Source: a phage. From it: a stretch of DNA of 64,000 nucleotides. The notes under the pieces are model-generated. The model was not told the DNA's origin. It was given only the letters and a program-made list of their open reading frames with translations, and searched no databases. Below are positions 48,980 through 57,682 of this stretch, in pieces (the stretch's first letter is position 1; each line of letters opens with the position of its first letter). The position numbers and the translations under genes are program-made. The stretch lies in the sequence record PZ445428.1. One strand, 5' to 3'.

Positions 48980-49519
48980 CTATACCTTTAAGTTTTGAAG
49001 GGCTTTACACATTGCAAGATCAGGACTAAACTCCAGCATATAGCTGATAGCATTCAGATCCTGCATATTTATTCCAGTTCTACCATTGACAATAACTGTT
49101 GGATACTGGTACATCATAGCTCCAGCATCATCTAGGACACACCAGTGCTTGAGTTTGTACTTTTCCACAAACCGAAGAACAGAATTGCCTCTAGATAATC
49201 CACCACCAGTAAAATCAGTAGTACCAAGAAAACGATCAACCAGACCTAACGCGGTCATGATCTCAACATTCTCCACCTCGTTACGTACTGTAAACCATGA
49301 TGAAACCCCAACAATCATTATACCGGATGGTTTTAAGAAGTTCTGGAAAGCCTGTAGTAAAGGTTTGAAAACCCAGTCTCCACCAAAGAAGATCTTCTCT
49401 TCATCTGGAGCATGGTGGTGAGAGATGCTCGAATTGAGCACCCCATCAATATCCAGAAAAATAATTGGAGTATTACTTAGATCCACCGGATTTGTCCCAT
49501 TGCAGAGTTTTAGCTTCAT
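48980..49519 (-). CDS. HAD-superfamily phosphatase-like protein
   Basis: 179 aa; IIFLDIDGVLN (HAD motif I DxDG) and later VLDD. Confidence 0.5.
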   Translation of the reverse strand: MKLKLCNGTNPVDLSNTPIIFLDIDGVLNSSISHHHAPDEEKIFFGGDWVFKPLLQAFQNFLKPSGIMIVGVSSWFTVRNEVENVEIMTALGLVDRFLGTTDFTGGGLSRGNSVLRFVEKYKLKHWCVLDDAGAMMYQYPTVIVNGRTGINMQDLNAISYMLEFSPDLAMCKALQNLKV

Positions 49520-49798
49520 CGGAGAAAGGAATATGGTAGTCTACCTTACCCTTACCAAACATAGCCGCCAAAAATACAGTATAGATAGTAATCATACCAA
49601 TCAGGTTTACAGTCCACACCAATACTTTCCAGATACCCTTAAAAATCTTCTTCACCATATTCTTCCTCCTTAATCAGGAATTCTTTCCATTCTGCTGTAT
49701 CCTCATAGATAACGCAGAAATCATCACTCTTGCACGAGAAATCATCAGTAGCATATTCAAAACGGTAGCACCAACTACCATCTGGCCATACTAAAAGA

Positions 49799-50575
49799 TC
49801 ACACATGCTTTTGCGGTGCATAAATAGTTCCTTCCATAAAAGCCCCTACTTGGCCAATAAAGTGTTTGTTACCAAAAACTTCGGCAGCCCCAGCACGCCA
49901 TACAGTAACACCACGTTTCTCATACAAGGACTGTTCTAAGTAGTTGATAGTTGGGTTAACAACCATCATCTTAGTACCCCGTGCCACCGCAGGAAATAGT
50001 TCCCAGTTGAAGTTGATAACTTGGTTACTGCACCCAACCACGATAACCATATCATTAGCCGTAAGACTATCGAAAGTAGCGTTCATCAAAGCGTATTCAG
50101 GGGCTACTTCACCGAAGAATACAACGTTAGGCTTAGCCCAATAAAACTCATCAGGATCTATGGCAGTATAACCCACATCTAGGATATACTCTTTTCGATC
50201 TGGCAATTCCTTAATACGAACTTCTGGTAAATAACCATGAACGTGTAGAACTTCACTTTTTGGCACACCAGCCCTTTCCAGTAGATCATCCACGTTAGTA
50301 GTGATGTTCAGTACAGTCTCTGGATATCGTTGGAACCACTCCCCAATGCGGAGATGCGCAATGTTAGGTTCAACAGTCTGCAATTCCTGACGACGCTTGT
50401 TGTAGAACTCGTGGGTTTTCCAGTAGAACTGTCCACGGAAAGCATGAATATCACATACTTCTTCCAGATCGTATTCATCCCACATTGCCTTGCCACTAGC
50501 AGTATCTGTACGGAATGCACGGATACCACTATCAACACTTAAACCTGCACCACTAACAATAATTAGTCTACGCAT
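49799..50575 (-). CDS. Sir2-like (sirtuin-fold) NAD-binding protein, no zinc-ribbon cysteines
   Basis: 258 aa; GAGLSVDSGIRAFR (sirtuin GAGxSxxSGIPxFR-type), HVHG, VVFFGE, VVVGCS; the CxxC...CxxC zinc motif is absent. Confidence 0.65.
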   Translation of the reverse strand: MRRLIIVSGAGLSVDSGIRAFRTDTASGKAMWDEYDLEEVCDIHAFRGQFYWKTHEFYNKRRQELQTVEPNIAHLRIGEWFQRYPETVLNITTNVDDLLERAGVPKSEVLHVHGYLPEVRIKELPDRKEYILDVGYTAIDPDEFYWAKPNVVFFGEVAPEYALMNATFDSLTANDMVIVVGCSNQVINFNWELFPAVARGTKMMVVNPTINYLEQSLYEKRGVTVWRAGAAEVFGNKHFIGQVGAFMEGTIYAPQKHV

Positions 50576-50813
50576 TTTTCACCTGCTCTCGGAAATTTTG
50601 ACCAATACTATCTAATAGCTCAGCTAATTCTTTATTACCTTTTTCTACTAAGGTATTAGCAATAACTTCCAGCATAGTAGCACAAGATTCAACACCATCT
50701 TTGTAACCAGTTTCCCAGTGTTTCATTAAAACACCCTGAAACTCTTCATTGAGCTTGTTTAGGTCAATGAGGCTAACATTTTCACTTGGTAGCTTCTGAC
50801 TCGAGAATGCCAT
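50568..50813 (-). CDS. Hypothetical small protein
   Basis: Start set to ATG 50813 after GGAGGA; track ORF begins at 50945 but its N-terminal 44 aa look non-coding. Confidence 0.35.
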   Translation of the reverse strand: MAFSSQKLPSENVSLIDLNKLNEEFQGVLMKHWETGYKDGVESCATMLEVIANTLVEKGNKELAELLDSIGQNFREQVKNA

Positions 50814-50985
50814 ACAGTTTGTCCTCCAGTTCCATAATACGATTTTCATAGGAAGCACGCAGCTTCTCGATGGATAAAGCACGAACCGTAACCTCATCTG
50901 AGTTAATCGCCAGTTGAGCGAGGTCTTCCGTTTCCATGCGGCCATTGTAAATTAAGCGATATTTAAGATGTTTTACGTTTTTCAT
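50782..50985 (-). CDS. Hypothetical small protein
   Basis: 67-aa ORF with AAGGAAG RBS; overlaps the next gene by about 32 nt. Confidence 0.35.
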   Translation of the reverse strand: MKNVKHLKYRLIYNGRMETEDLAQLAINSDEVTVRALSIEKLRASYENRIMELEDKLYGILESEATK

Positions 50986-50994
50986 TCTTCTTCC

Positions 50995-51276
50995 TTAGTT
51001 CTGTACTGTAAATGCGTTTTTATCGGCATGAGCATTATAAGGATCATTCATGCGATAGATTTTCACAGCTTTAGTAGACCCTTTTGATTCTTCATAATCA
51101 ATCCAGAGCCACTTGTCTTTGCCTACATAATGTACCCGAAATTTCTTAACTTTCTTATCGTTCCACGTTGCTACAACTCTACGATAATCAAAGCCACCTA
51201 ACCAATCAAGAGCCTTACGTTCTTCACTAGGCTCTCCCAAATGTGAAACGTCCACTTTAGGAAGCAATTCGCTCAT
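50995..51276 (-). CDS. Hypothetical protein
   Basis: 93-aa ORF directly downstream of a conserved promoter/RBS cassette. Confidence 0.4.
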   Translation of the reverse strand: MSELLPKVDVSHLGEPSEERKALDWLGGFDYRRVVATWNDKKVKKFRVHYVGKDKWLWIDYEESKGSTKAVKIYRMNDPYNAHADKNAFTVQN

Positions 51277-51304
51277 AGCTTTCTCCTCTCAAATTTATAA
51301 ATCT

Positions 51305-51333
51305 ATTATACACAAATTTTTAGCTGAAAGCAA
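51305..51333 (-). promoter_or_regulatory. Early promoter cassette
   Basis: Minus strand TTGCTT-17 nt-TATAAT then AGATTTATAAATTTGAGAGGAG and ATG. Confidence 0.55.
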
Positions 51334-51367
51334 ATAAAATAAAAGCCAGGTCGACTAGCAACCTGGC
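51334..51367 (-). terminator. Rho-independent terminator after nrdD
   Basis: Minus strand GCCAGGT...ACCTGGC hairpin followed by TTTTATTTTATTT. Confidence 0.6.
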
Positions 51368-51375
51368 TGATTCAC

Positions 51376-53250
51376 TTATTTAGCGCGAACGTCTCTATGT
51401 TTCACTCGACCCATAACCTCATGTTGTTTACCAGGGTTAAAAGGACGTGCTCCTGGGTTCCCAAGATAACCACAAACTCGACGAGTTACCTCTAAAGTTT
51501 CAGGATCATGGTTTCCACAGATAGGACATTTGAATCCATCCTCAGAAGCGATAGTCTCACCCAAGAATCCACACTCACCACAGGAATCTACGGGGGTATT
51601 AATACCGAAGTAATGAACCTTACTTGCAGCATAATTAATAACCCATTCCAATGCATCAGGGAATTTCTTCATATCAGGTAATTCCACATAGGAAATGCAC
51701 CCACCAGAAGCAATTGGGGTAAAGTTAGACTCATAATCAAACTTCACGTTTGGAGCAACCTTACGTTCCACATCAAGGTGATGTGAGTTAGTATAGTATC
51801 CTTTACCAAGAATATCTTCATGCTCTGGGAAATATTCACGGTCTAGACGACAGAAGCGATCACATAGGGATTCAGAAGGCGTTGCATACAAACTGTACCC
51901 TAACTGAGTTTCTTCCTTCTTCTGATCTGCACGATCACGCATATATTGTAAAACACGCTGTACAAACTTAATGCAGGTGTCAGACATTGTATCTACATCC
52001 TTACCAAACATAAACTGTAACATTTCATGGCAGCCAATGTACCCTAGTGATACAGAAGCACGCTTGTAGAAATGATCAAACACATATTCATCGGGCCCCA
52101 GACGTAATCCAAAGGCTCCTGACATATAGAGGATGGGCGCAGCTTTAGCTTGAATGTATTTTAAGCGATCAACCCTCCACTCCAATGCTTTAAGTGCAGT
52201 ATCAACACGCAGCTCAAGCAGATCGAAAAACAGATCAATATCTCCATCGGCTTCGATAGCGATTCGAGGAAGGTTTACAGAAACGACACCTAAGTTATTA
52301 CGACCTGATGTTTCTCCATCTTCCGCAGCAGCTAAGAATGAGCGGCAGCCCATAGAAACTTTGTAGTCTCCAGTAACTTCAACTACCTTATCATAGCTGA
52401 TATAGTCAGGATACATACGTTCGGCAGTACACTTCATAGCTAACTTCTTGATATCGTAGTTTACATCACCAGGTTTCATATTAACGCCATCACGAAGTAC
52501 AAATACCAGTTTAGGGAAGATTGCAGTACGTTTATTGATACCCAGACCATCCATACGTACTTCTAGGATTGCTTTCTGTACAAGACGAGCTTCCCAAGAA
52601 GTTCCTAAACCAAAGCCAAAGGTGATAAAAGGACTCTGACCATTAGAGTTGAACATCGTATTGATCTCATACTCTAGACCCTGACAGGCGTCGTAAACTT
52701 CTTTCTCAGTCATTTCCGTAGCCATTACAGATGCTTTGGCTTCGTCCTTAGTCCAACGCTTAGCGAACGCATGGTTCTTATCATAAGATTTACGAACGTA
52801 AGGGGCTAATACTTCATCAAGACGGTCAACAGAAGTACCGCCATATTGATGGGAGCTAACCTGAGTAATAATCTGAGCTGTAATAGCAGCCGCAGTAGTG
52901 ATAGAATTTGGCGTACTGATTTCAGCATTACCAACCTTCATACCATTCTTCAACATATCTTCCAAAGCAACGAGGCAACAGTTAGTCATACCTAAAGCTG
53001 CATAGTCAGCATCGTGGAAGTGAATATCACCAATCATATGAGCATTTCGAATCTGAATCGGCATTTCTTCTAGAATCAGATACTTACTCAACTCACCTGC
53101 TAGCATATCCCTTTGAGTAGGGAAGCGTTCTGAAGGTTTATTGGCGTTATTAAACAGCAGCTCTTCATCTGCTGAACCTTCGATAATTTCCTTGCAGTTT
53201 GTAATTAAAGACTGCATTCTTTTAATCTTCATCTGATCATTGTGATTCAT
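51376..53250 (-). CDS. nrdD: Anaerobic ribonucleoside-triphosphate reductase (class III)
   Basis: 624 aa; C-terminal CPICGNHD zinc site and RVCGYLG glycyl-radical motif; GAGAAGGAG RBS. Confidence 0.85.
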   Translation of the reverse strand: MNHNDQMKIKRMQSLITNCKEIIEGSADEELLFNNANKPSERFPTQRDMLAGELSKYLILEEMPIQIRNAHMIGDIHFHDADYAALGMTNCCLVALEDMLKNGMKVGNAEISTPNSITTAAAITAQIITQVSSHQYGGTSVDRLDEVLAPYVRKSYDKNHAFAKRWTKDEAKASVMATEMTEKEVYDACQGLEYEINTMFNSNGQSPFITFGFGLGTSWEARLVQKAILEVRMDGLGINKRTAIFPKLVFVLRDGVNMKPGDVNYDIKKLAMKCTAERMYPDYISYDKVVEVTGDYKVSMGCRSFLAAAEDGETSGRNNLGVVSVNLPRIAIEADGDIDLFFDLLELRVDTALKALEWRVDRLKYIQAKAAPILYMSGAFGLRLGPDEYVFDHFYKRASVSLGYIGCHEMLQFMFGKDVDTMSDTCIKFVQRVLQYMRDRADQKKEETQLGYSLYATPSESLCDRFCRLDREYFPEHEDILGKGYYTNSHHLDVERKVAPNVKFDYESNFTPIASGGCISYVELPDMKKFPDALEWVINYAASKVHYFGINTPVDSCGECGFLGETIASEDGFKCPICGNHDPETLEVTRRVCGYLGNPGARPFNPGKQHEVMGRVKHRDVRAK

Positions 53251-53279
53251 TATATTCTCCTTCTCTAACTAAGACTACT

Positions 53280-53308
53280 ATTATAGCTCATTTGAAGGCG
53301 TATGTCAA
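53280..53308 (-). promoter_or_regulatory. Sigma70-type promoter for nrdD (divergent from phoH promoters)
   Basis: Minus strand TTGACA-17 nt-TATAAT then GAGAAGGAG RBS. Confidence 0.55.
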
Positions 53309-53366
53309 TATAAATTTTCTAAAGAGCTAAGTAACTTGATCTGGCTCAATTTTTGGAAAATTGTTG

Positions 53367-53396
53367 TTGACACCTTACCCTATTTTATACTATAAT
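53367..53396 (+). promoter_or_regulatory. Sigma70-type promoter (phoH operon, distal)
   Basis: TTGACA-18 nt-TATAAT. Confidence 0.5.
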
Positions 53397-53508
53397 CCCG
53401 CGCCCATGTACGCGATATAAAATGATTATCTAGTATCATACATCTCCCTCTATAAGCAAGCAAATTTTTTATTTAACTGCAATGTCATAGGCTTATTTAA
53501 AATTGTAG

Positions 53509-53537
53509 TTGCTTTTTACTGTAGATATTGGTATAAT
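53509..53537 (+). promoter_or_regulatory. Sigma70-type promoter with extended -10 (phoH operon, proximal)
   Basis: TTGCTT-17 nt-TATAAT preceded by TGG (TGn-type extended -10). Confidence 0.45.
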
Positions 53538-53610
53538 ATATTTGTAAGTTGATAAACAAGATCTTTTTGTTGATCCTCTGTTAGCGAAGTACACTATAGG
53601 AGTGTTATTT

Positions 53611-54360
53611 ATGGGAAAACTGCGTCAGAAAAGAGAAACCCGTAACGGGTCAAGAAAGCGTAACAGCAACTACGAAGATAACATTATTCAGGGAAACTTC
53701 TCTGATTTTGCTATTCCCGTTGCTAAGTCCCTAGAAGGTAAAAACAAAGAGCAAAAATCATATATCAATATGATCAAGAACAACACCATTACCGTTGGTA
53801 TTGGTGAACCAGGTACGGGTAAGACTTTTATCCCTTCCGTTCTTGCTGCTCAGGAACTTACTAATCCTCGCTCTAATATTGAGCAAGTGATTTTAGTGCG
53901 TCCTAACGAACCTCTAGGCAAATCTCTTGGGATGCTACCGGGTGACCTGGCTGAGAAGCTAGAACCTTGGCTGGAACCGATTGCAGATGGCATGAAATGG
54001 GCTATAGGTGATCAGGCATATAAAGGGTATGTAGAACGTCAGAAAGTTAAATTCCTGGCTATCGAGCATGCTCGTGGACGAACTTTCAACAACTCCTATG
54101 TGATTGTCGATGAAGCTCAGAATATCTCAGTCGAAGCAATGATCTGTCTCCTAACTCGTGTAGGACAAGATTGTCGCTTAGTCATTTGCGGAGATATCGC
54201 TCAGAAAGACATTAAGGGTGACTCAGGCTTAGCACTTCTAATGGAAGTGTATAAGAGGTATGATTACTCTCCATTCTCAATGATTGAACTTATTGAGAAC
54301 GTACGTTCCCGAGAATCTAAAGCATTCTATGACATCTTTAAAGAGATGGGGCTGGTGTAA
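53611..54360 (+). CDS. phoH: PhoH-like ATPase
   Basis: Walker A GEPGTGKTF, Walker B VIVDEAQN; ATG 53611 after TAGGAG (track begins at GTG 53602). Confidence 0.85.
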   Translation: MGKLRQKRETRNGSRKRNSNYEDNIIQGNFSDFAIPVAKSLEGKNKEQKSYINMIKNNTITVGIGEPGTGKTFIPSVLAAQELTNPRSNIEQVILVRPNEPLGKSLGMLPGDLAEKLEPWLEPIADGMKWAIGDQAYKGYVERQKVKFLAIEHARGRTFNNSYVIVDEAQNISVEAMICLLTRVGQDCRLVICGDIAQKDIKGDSGLALLMEVYKRYDYSPFSMIELIENVRSRESKAFYDIFKEMGLV

Positions 54361-54361
54361 T

Positions 54362-54604
54362 ATGGGAAATGTCGTACATCTACATCGCAAAACTAAAATT
54401 CACCGCACTTCGCTGAGTGCTGCAAACATGATTACCCGTAAAGAGGGTGAAGAAAGTCCTAAGACTTCTCTAGCATGGAAAATTGTAGCCTCTAATCCAA
54501 ATCGACCGTTCAACTATAATGAATTGAATACTTCCGTAGATATTTTAATGGCTAAGGAAATACGAGAGAAATTAAGAGATATGGCCGATAAAATTAAACG
54601 GTAA
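54362..54604 (+). CDS. Hypothetical small protein
   Basis: About 80 aa from ATG 54362 overlapping phoH stop; followed by hairpin terminator. Confidence 0.3.
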   Translation: MGNVVHLHRKTKIHRTSLSAANMITRKEGEESPKTSLAWKIVASNPNRPFNYNELNTSVDILMAKEIREKLRDMADKIKR

Positions 54605-54611
54605 GACAGAT

Positions 54612-54646
54612 GAGCCTGGGTATGAAAATATCCGGGCTCTTTTTAT
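54612..54646 (+). terminator. Terminator-like hairpin upstream of nrdA
   Basis: GAGCCTGGG...CCGGGCTC imperfect hairpin followed by TTTTTAT. Confidence 0.45.
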
Positions 54647-54660
54647 CTGTAAAATTGTAC

Positions 54661-54689
54661 TTGCATAATGACTCAAAACAAAGTAGAAT
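54661..54689 (+). promoter_or_regulatory. Candidate promoter for nrdA
   Basis: TTGCAT-17 nt-TAGAAT, about 40 nt upstream of the nrdA ATG. Confidence 0.4.
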
Positions 54690-54727
54690 ATTTCCTAAAT
54701 CCTGAGAACTACAAAAAGGAAACTGCA

Positions 54728-57061
54728 ATGGACTTTCGAATCACAAAAGTAATTAAACGCGACGGTACGATCCAGGACTTTGCTCCTGAAAAACTCAACG
54801 ACTGGGCTGCGTGGGCATGTAAGAATGCTAACGTTAGCTGGTCTGCCGTAGTTATGGCTGCACTGAAAAATCTACCTAAAGGGGTTGTAGATTCCGATAC
54901 ACTTCAAGATGTATTAATCAAAGCAGCAGAAGGTTTGATCAAAGATAACCCTGCGTATGATGAAGTAGCGAAGGAATTACGTCTTGCACAGATGCGTAAA
55001 CGCCTGTATGATTCCTATGAACCACCTTCTTTACGTTTCTTCCATGACCACATGGTTAAAGTTGGGGCTTGGGAAGATATGAGTGCATGGATTTCCGATG
55101 AACAGTTTGACGCTTTGAATGGTGTTATTGATCATGAACGTGATCGTCTCTTCACTAGCGGTGGTCTGAAACAGTTCTTCGATAAGTATTCCCGTCGTAA
55201 TATCGCAACTGGCGAAATTTACGAAACCCCGCAATTTGCCTACATGGGTATGGCAATGGCGATGTTATCTCAACCTAACTGGACAATTCTGGATGCAATC
55301 GACCTCTACAATGCAATGTCGCTCCATAAAATCAACGTTCCTACTCCGCCACTGGTTGGTCTGCGCTCTAGTGACCGTGGATTTGCTAGTTGCTGCCTCG
55401 TGGATTCCACGGACACGCTGGATTCAATCGACACAGCCGAGCACATCGTTTTCAAAATGGTCGCAGCCAGAGCGGGAATCGGGTATCATCTTGAAAGCCG
55501 ATCAATTGCTGATCCGGTGCGAAATGGGGCGTTCCCGCATTCCGGAAAACTGCCATATTATAGACACATCGACCGTTCAGTAAAAGCGAACACTCAGCAA
55601 ACCCGTGGTGGTTCTGCTACTGTATCTTATCCGTACTTCGATCCTGAAATCATTCAGTTGATGCAGGTTAAACAGCAACGTGCTACAGACGAGAACAAAA
55701 TCGATAAGATGGACTACTCTCTGAGCTTTAACAACCTTCTATTGAAACGTTATCTGAAAAACGAAGATATTACGCTCATGTCTTACTTCTATGCACCAGA
55801 AGTCCACGAAGCGTTTTATGGGGAAGATGAGGCTAAGTTTGAAGAAATCTATGTGGCAGCGGAGAAACGTGTGGCATCTCTTACAAAGATCGACCACGAA
55901 GGAAAAACAATTCCAGCAGCTCCTAAAATCCCTGCAAAAGAAATCCTAGATACTTGGTTACGTATCCGTATGGAAACAGGTCGTATGTACGCTCATCACA
56001 TTGGGGAATCTAACCGTCATGGTAACTTCCTTGACCCGATTCGTATGACCAACCTTTGTGTAGAGATTACCCAGCCAACTCGTCCATTCCAGCACATTAC
56101 GGAACTGTACAAAACTCCAGATCAACTGGATGATATGCGTCCAGAAGATATTGGTGAAGTATCTCTGTGTAACCTGGGTGGTGTTGTTCTAGGCCGTATG
56201 AGTTCTCTGGCAGAATGGGAGAAAACTTGCTACATCCTTCTGAAATTCGTTGATACTATCATTGAAATTCAGGACTATCCGTTCCCAACTATGGAATACA
56301 CGGCTAAGAAGCGTCGTAACGTAGGTATTGGTCTGATGAATGCAGCAGGTGCAATGGCAGCAGAAGGTCTGGCTTACGAAGGTGAAGAAGCTCGTAACTG
56401 GATTCACCGTGAAGCTGAGAAGCTCTCTTACTTCCTGCATAAAGCCTCTGTACGTCTGGCAAAAGAACAAGGTGCATGTGATTGGTTTAACCGTACCAAA
56501 CCTTCTCAAGGAACTCTGGTAATCGACACCTATAAGAAAACTGTTGATGAACTGGTATCCGTAGGTCTAGAAATGGATTGGGAATCTCTGCGTGCAGATA
56601 TCCTGAAATACGGTATGCGTAACTCTGTTCTGACAGCTCAGATGCCTGGTGAAAGTTCTTCTGTACTGTTAGGTGTTACCAACTCAATTGAGCCACCTCG
56701 TAAGATTGTATCTATCAAGGGTAGTGCAGTGAACAAAGTAATTGCAATTGCTCCAGGTGCAACTGATTGGGATACTCTCATGAGCTATAAACTAGCCTAT
56801 GATGTAGATCGCATTGAGTGGATCAAGTGGGTAGCAACTATGCAGAAATTCTTCAGCCAGTCTATTAGTACGAACATGTACTATGACTACACCAAGTTTG
56901 AGAATGAAATCATTCCTGGCCCAGTAGTAGTTCGTGATTTCATGACTGCTGTTAAGTACGGATGGAAGACTTGGTACTACGCTAACTTCAACACTGAAAA
57001 CGGTGGTGGAGCAGGTGAAGAAGCCGCAGCTGGTTGTGCATCAGGTGGTTGCCAACTTTAA
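54728..57061 (+). CDS. nrdA: Ribonucleotide reductase large subunit (class I alpha)
   Basis: N-terminal ATP-cone-like MDFRITKVIKRDGT; C-terminal tail ...AAGCASGGCQL with Cys pair; start set to ATG 54728 after AAAAAGGA (track start 54668 overlaps the promoter). Confidence 0.9.
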   Translation: MDFRITKVIKRDGTIQDFAPEKLNDWAAWACKNANVSWSAVVMAALKNLPKGVVDSDTLQDVLIKAAEGLIKDNPAYDEVAKELRLAQMRKRLYDSYEPPSLRFFHDHMVKVGAWEDMSAWISDEQFDALNGVIDHERDRLFTSGGLKQFFDKYSRRNIATGEIYETPQFAYMGMAMAMLSQPNWTILDAIDLYNAMSLHKINVPTPPLVGLRSSDRGFASCCLVDSTDTLDSIDTAEHIVFKMVAARAGIGYHLESRSIADPVRNGAFPHSGKLPYYRHIDRSVKANTQQTRGGSATVSYPYFDPEIIQLMQVKQQRATDENKIDKMDYSLSFNNLLLKRYLKNEDITLMSYFYAPEVHEAFYGEDEAKFEEIYVAAEKRVASLTKIDHEGKTIPAAPKIPAKEILDTWLRIRMETGRMYAHHIGESNRHGNFLDPIRMTNLCVEITQPTRPFQHITELYKTPDQLDDMRPEDIGEVSLCNLGGVVLGRMSSLAEWEKTCYILLKFVDTIIEIQDYPFPTMEYTAKKRRNVGIGLMNAAGAMAAEGLAYEGEEARNWIHREAEKLSYFLHKASVRLAKEQGACDWFNRTKPSQGTLVIDTYKKTVDELVSVGLEMDWESLRADILKYGMRNSVLTAQMPGESSSVLLGVTNSIEPPRKIVSIKGSAVNKVIAIAPGATDWDTLMSYKLAYDVDRIEWIKWVATMQKFFSQSISTNMYYDYTKFENEIIPGPVVVRDFMTAVKYGWKTWYYANFNTENGGGAGEEAAAGCASGGCQL

Positions 57062-57070
57062 TAAAACTAA

Positions 57071-57097
57071 GGAGATCTTCGGGTCTCCTTTTTCTTT
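57071..57097 (+). terminator. Rho-independent terminator after nrdA
   Basis: GGAGATC-TTCG-GGTCTCC hairpin followed by TTTTTCTTT. Confidence 0.65.
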
Positions 57098-57107
57098 GAA
57101 ATTTTAC

Positions 57108-57136
57108 TTGCTAATCGCGACCTGATTTGCTATAAT
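57108..57136 (+). promoter_or_regulatory. Sigma70-type promoter upstream of HNH gene
   Basis: TTGCTA-17 nt-TATAAT followed by AAGGAGA RBS. Confidence 0.55.
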
Positions 57137-57160
57137 ATCTCTATATTAAGGAGATATACT

Positions 57161-57679
57161 GTGAAACCTCAATTAACAAAAGAATTTCTAGAGAAATACC
57201 TAGAACTCAGAGAAGATACACTCTATTGGAAGCCAAGAGAAACTAACAAGGGTGGATTTAACACTAGATTTGCTGGAAAACCTGTAGGAGCCGTCAATGG
57301 AAATGGCTACCTATGCTTCCGACTTAATGTGGAAGGTTATAGATGGGAGTTAAGAAATCATGTAGTAATCTTCTGTCTCTATTATGGATATTACCCTACT
57401 AAGACAGTAGATCATAAAGATACAAATAAACTTAATAACCACCCTTTAAGTCTAAGGGAATCAACCGATGCTGGTAACGCCCAAAATAGAGGAGCTGGTA
57501 AAAACAATACTCATGGGCATAAAAACCTAGAGCCTCTTAGTTCAGGAAACTGGAGGGTTAGGATAACACACAACGGTACTGTTTATAGATCTTCCGCAAT
57601 GCCTTTAGAAAAAGCTCTAGAACATAGAGATATTAAACTTAAAGAATTTCATGGTGAATACGCTAATAATGGAGAATAA
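57161..57679 (+). CDS. HNH homing endonuclease (HNH_3-like), free-standing between nrdA and nrdB
   Basis: GKPVGAVNGNGY...YRWELRNHV...VDHKDTNKLNNHPLSLRE motif set; GTG start after AAGGAGA; own promoter and terminator. Confidence 0.7.
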   Translation: MKPQLTKEFLEKYLELREDTLYWKPRETNKGGFNTRFAGKPVGAVNGNGYLCFRLNVEGYRWELRNHVVIFCLYYGYYPTKTVDHKDTNKLNNHPLSLRESTDAGNAQNRGAGKNNTHGHKNLEPLSSGNWRVRITHNGTVYRSSAMPLEKALEHRDIKLKEFHGEYANNGE

Positions 57680-57682
57680 TTA

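Noticed and set aside
49473-49821. Two 60-61-aa ORFs (49473-49658, 49639-49821) between the HAD-like and Sir2-like genes
   Set aside because: They overlap each other and neighbouring genes with no clear RBS; one has a hydrophobic helix and could be real, but the evidence is too weak to call
50814-50945. Long N-terminal extension of ORF 50568-50945
   Set aside because: The first 44 codons are Trp/Arg-rich with no RBS and overlap a better-supported gene; the internal ATG at 50813 follows GGAGGA
54668-54727. Track-predicted start of nrdA at 54668 (MTQNK...)
   Set aside because: It overlaps the promoter and has no SD; the ATG at 54728 follows AAAAAGGA and begins the ATP-cone-like MDFRITKVIKRDG
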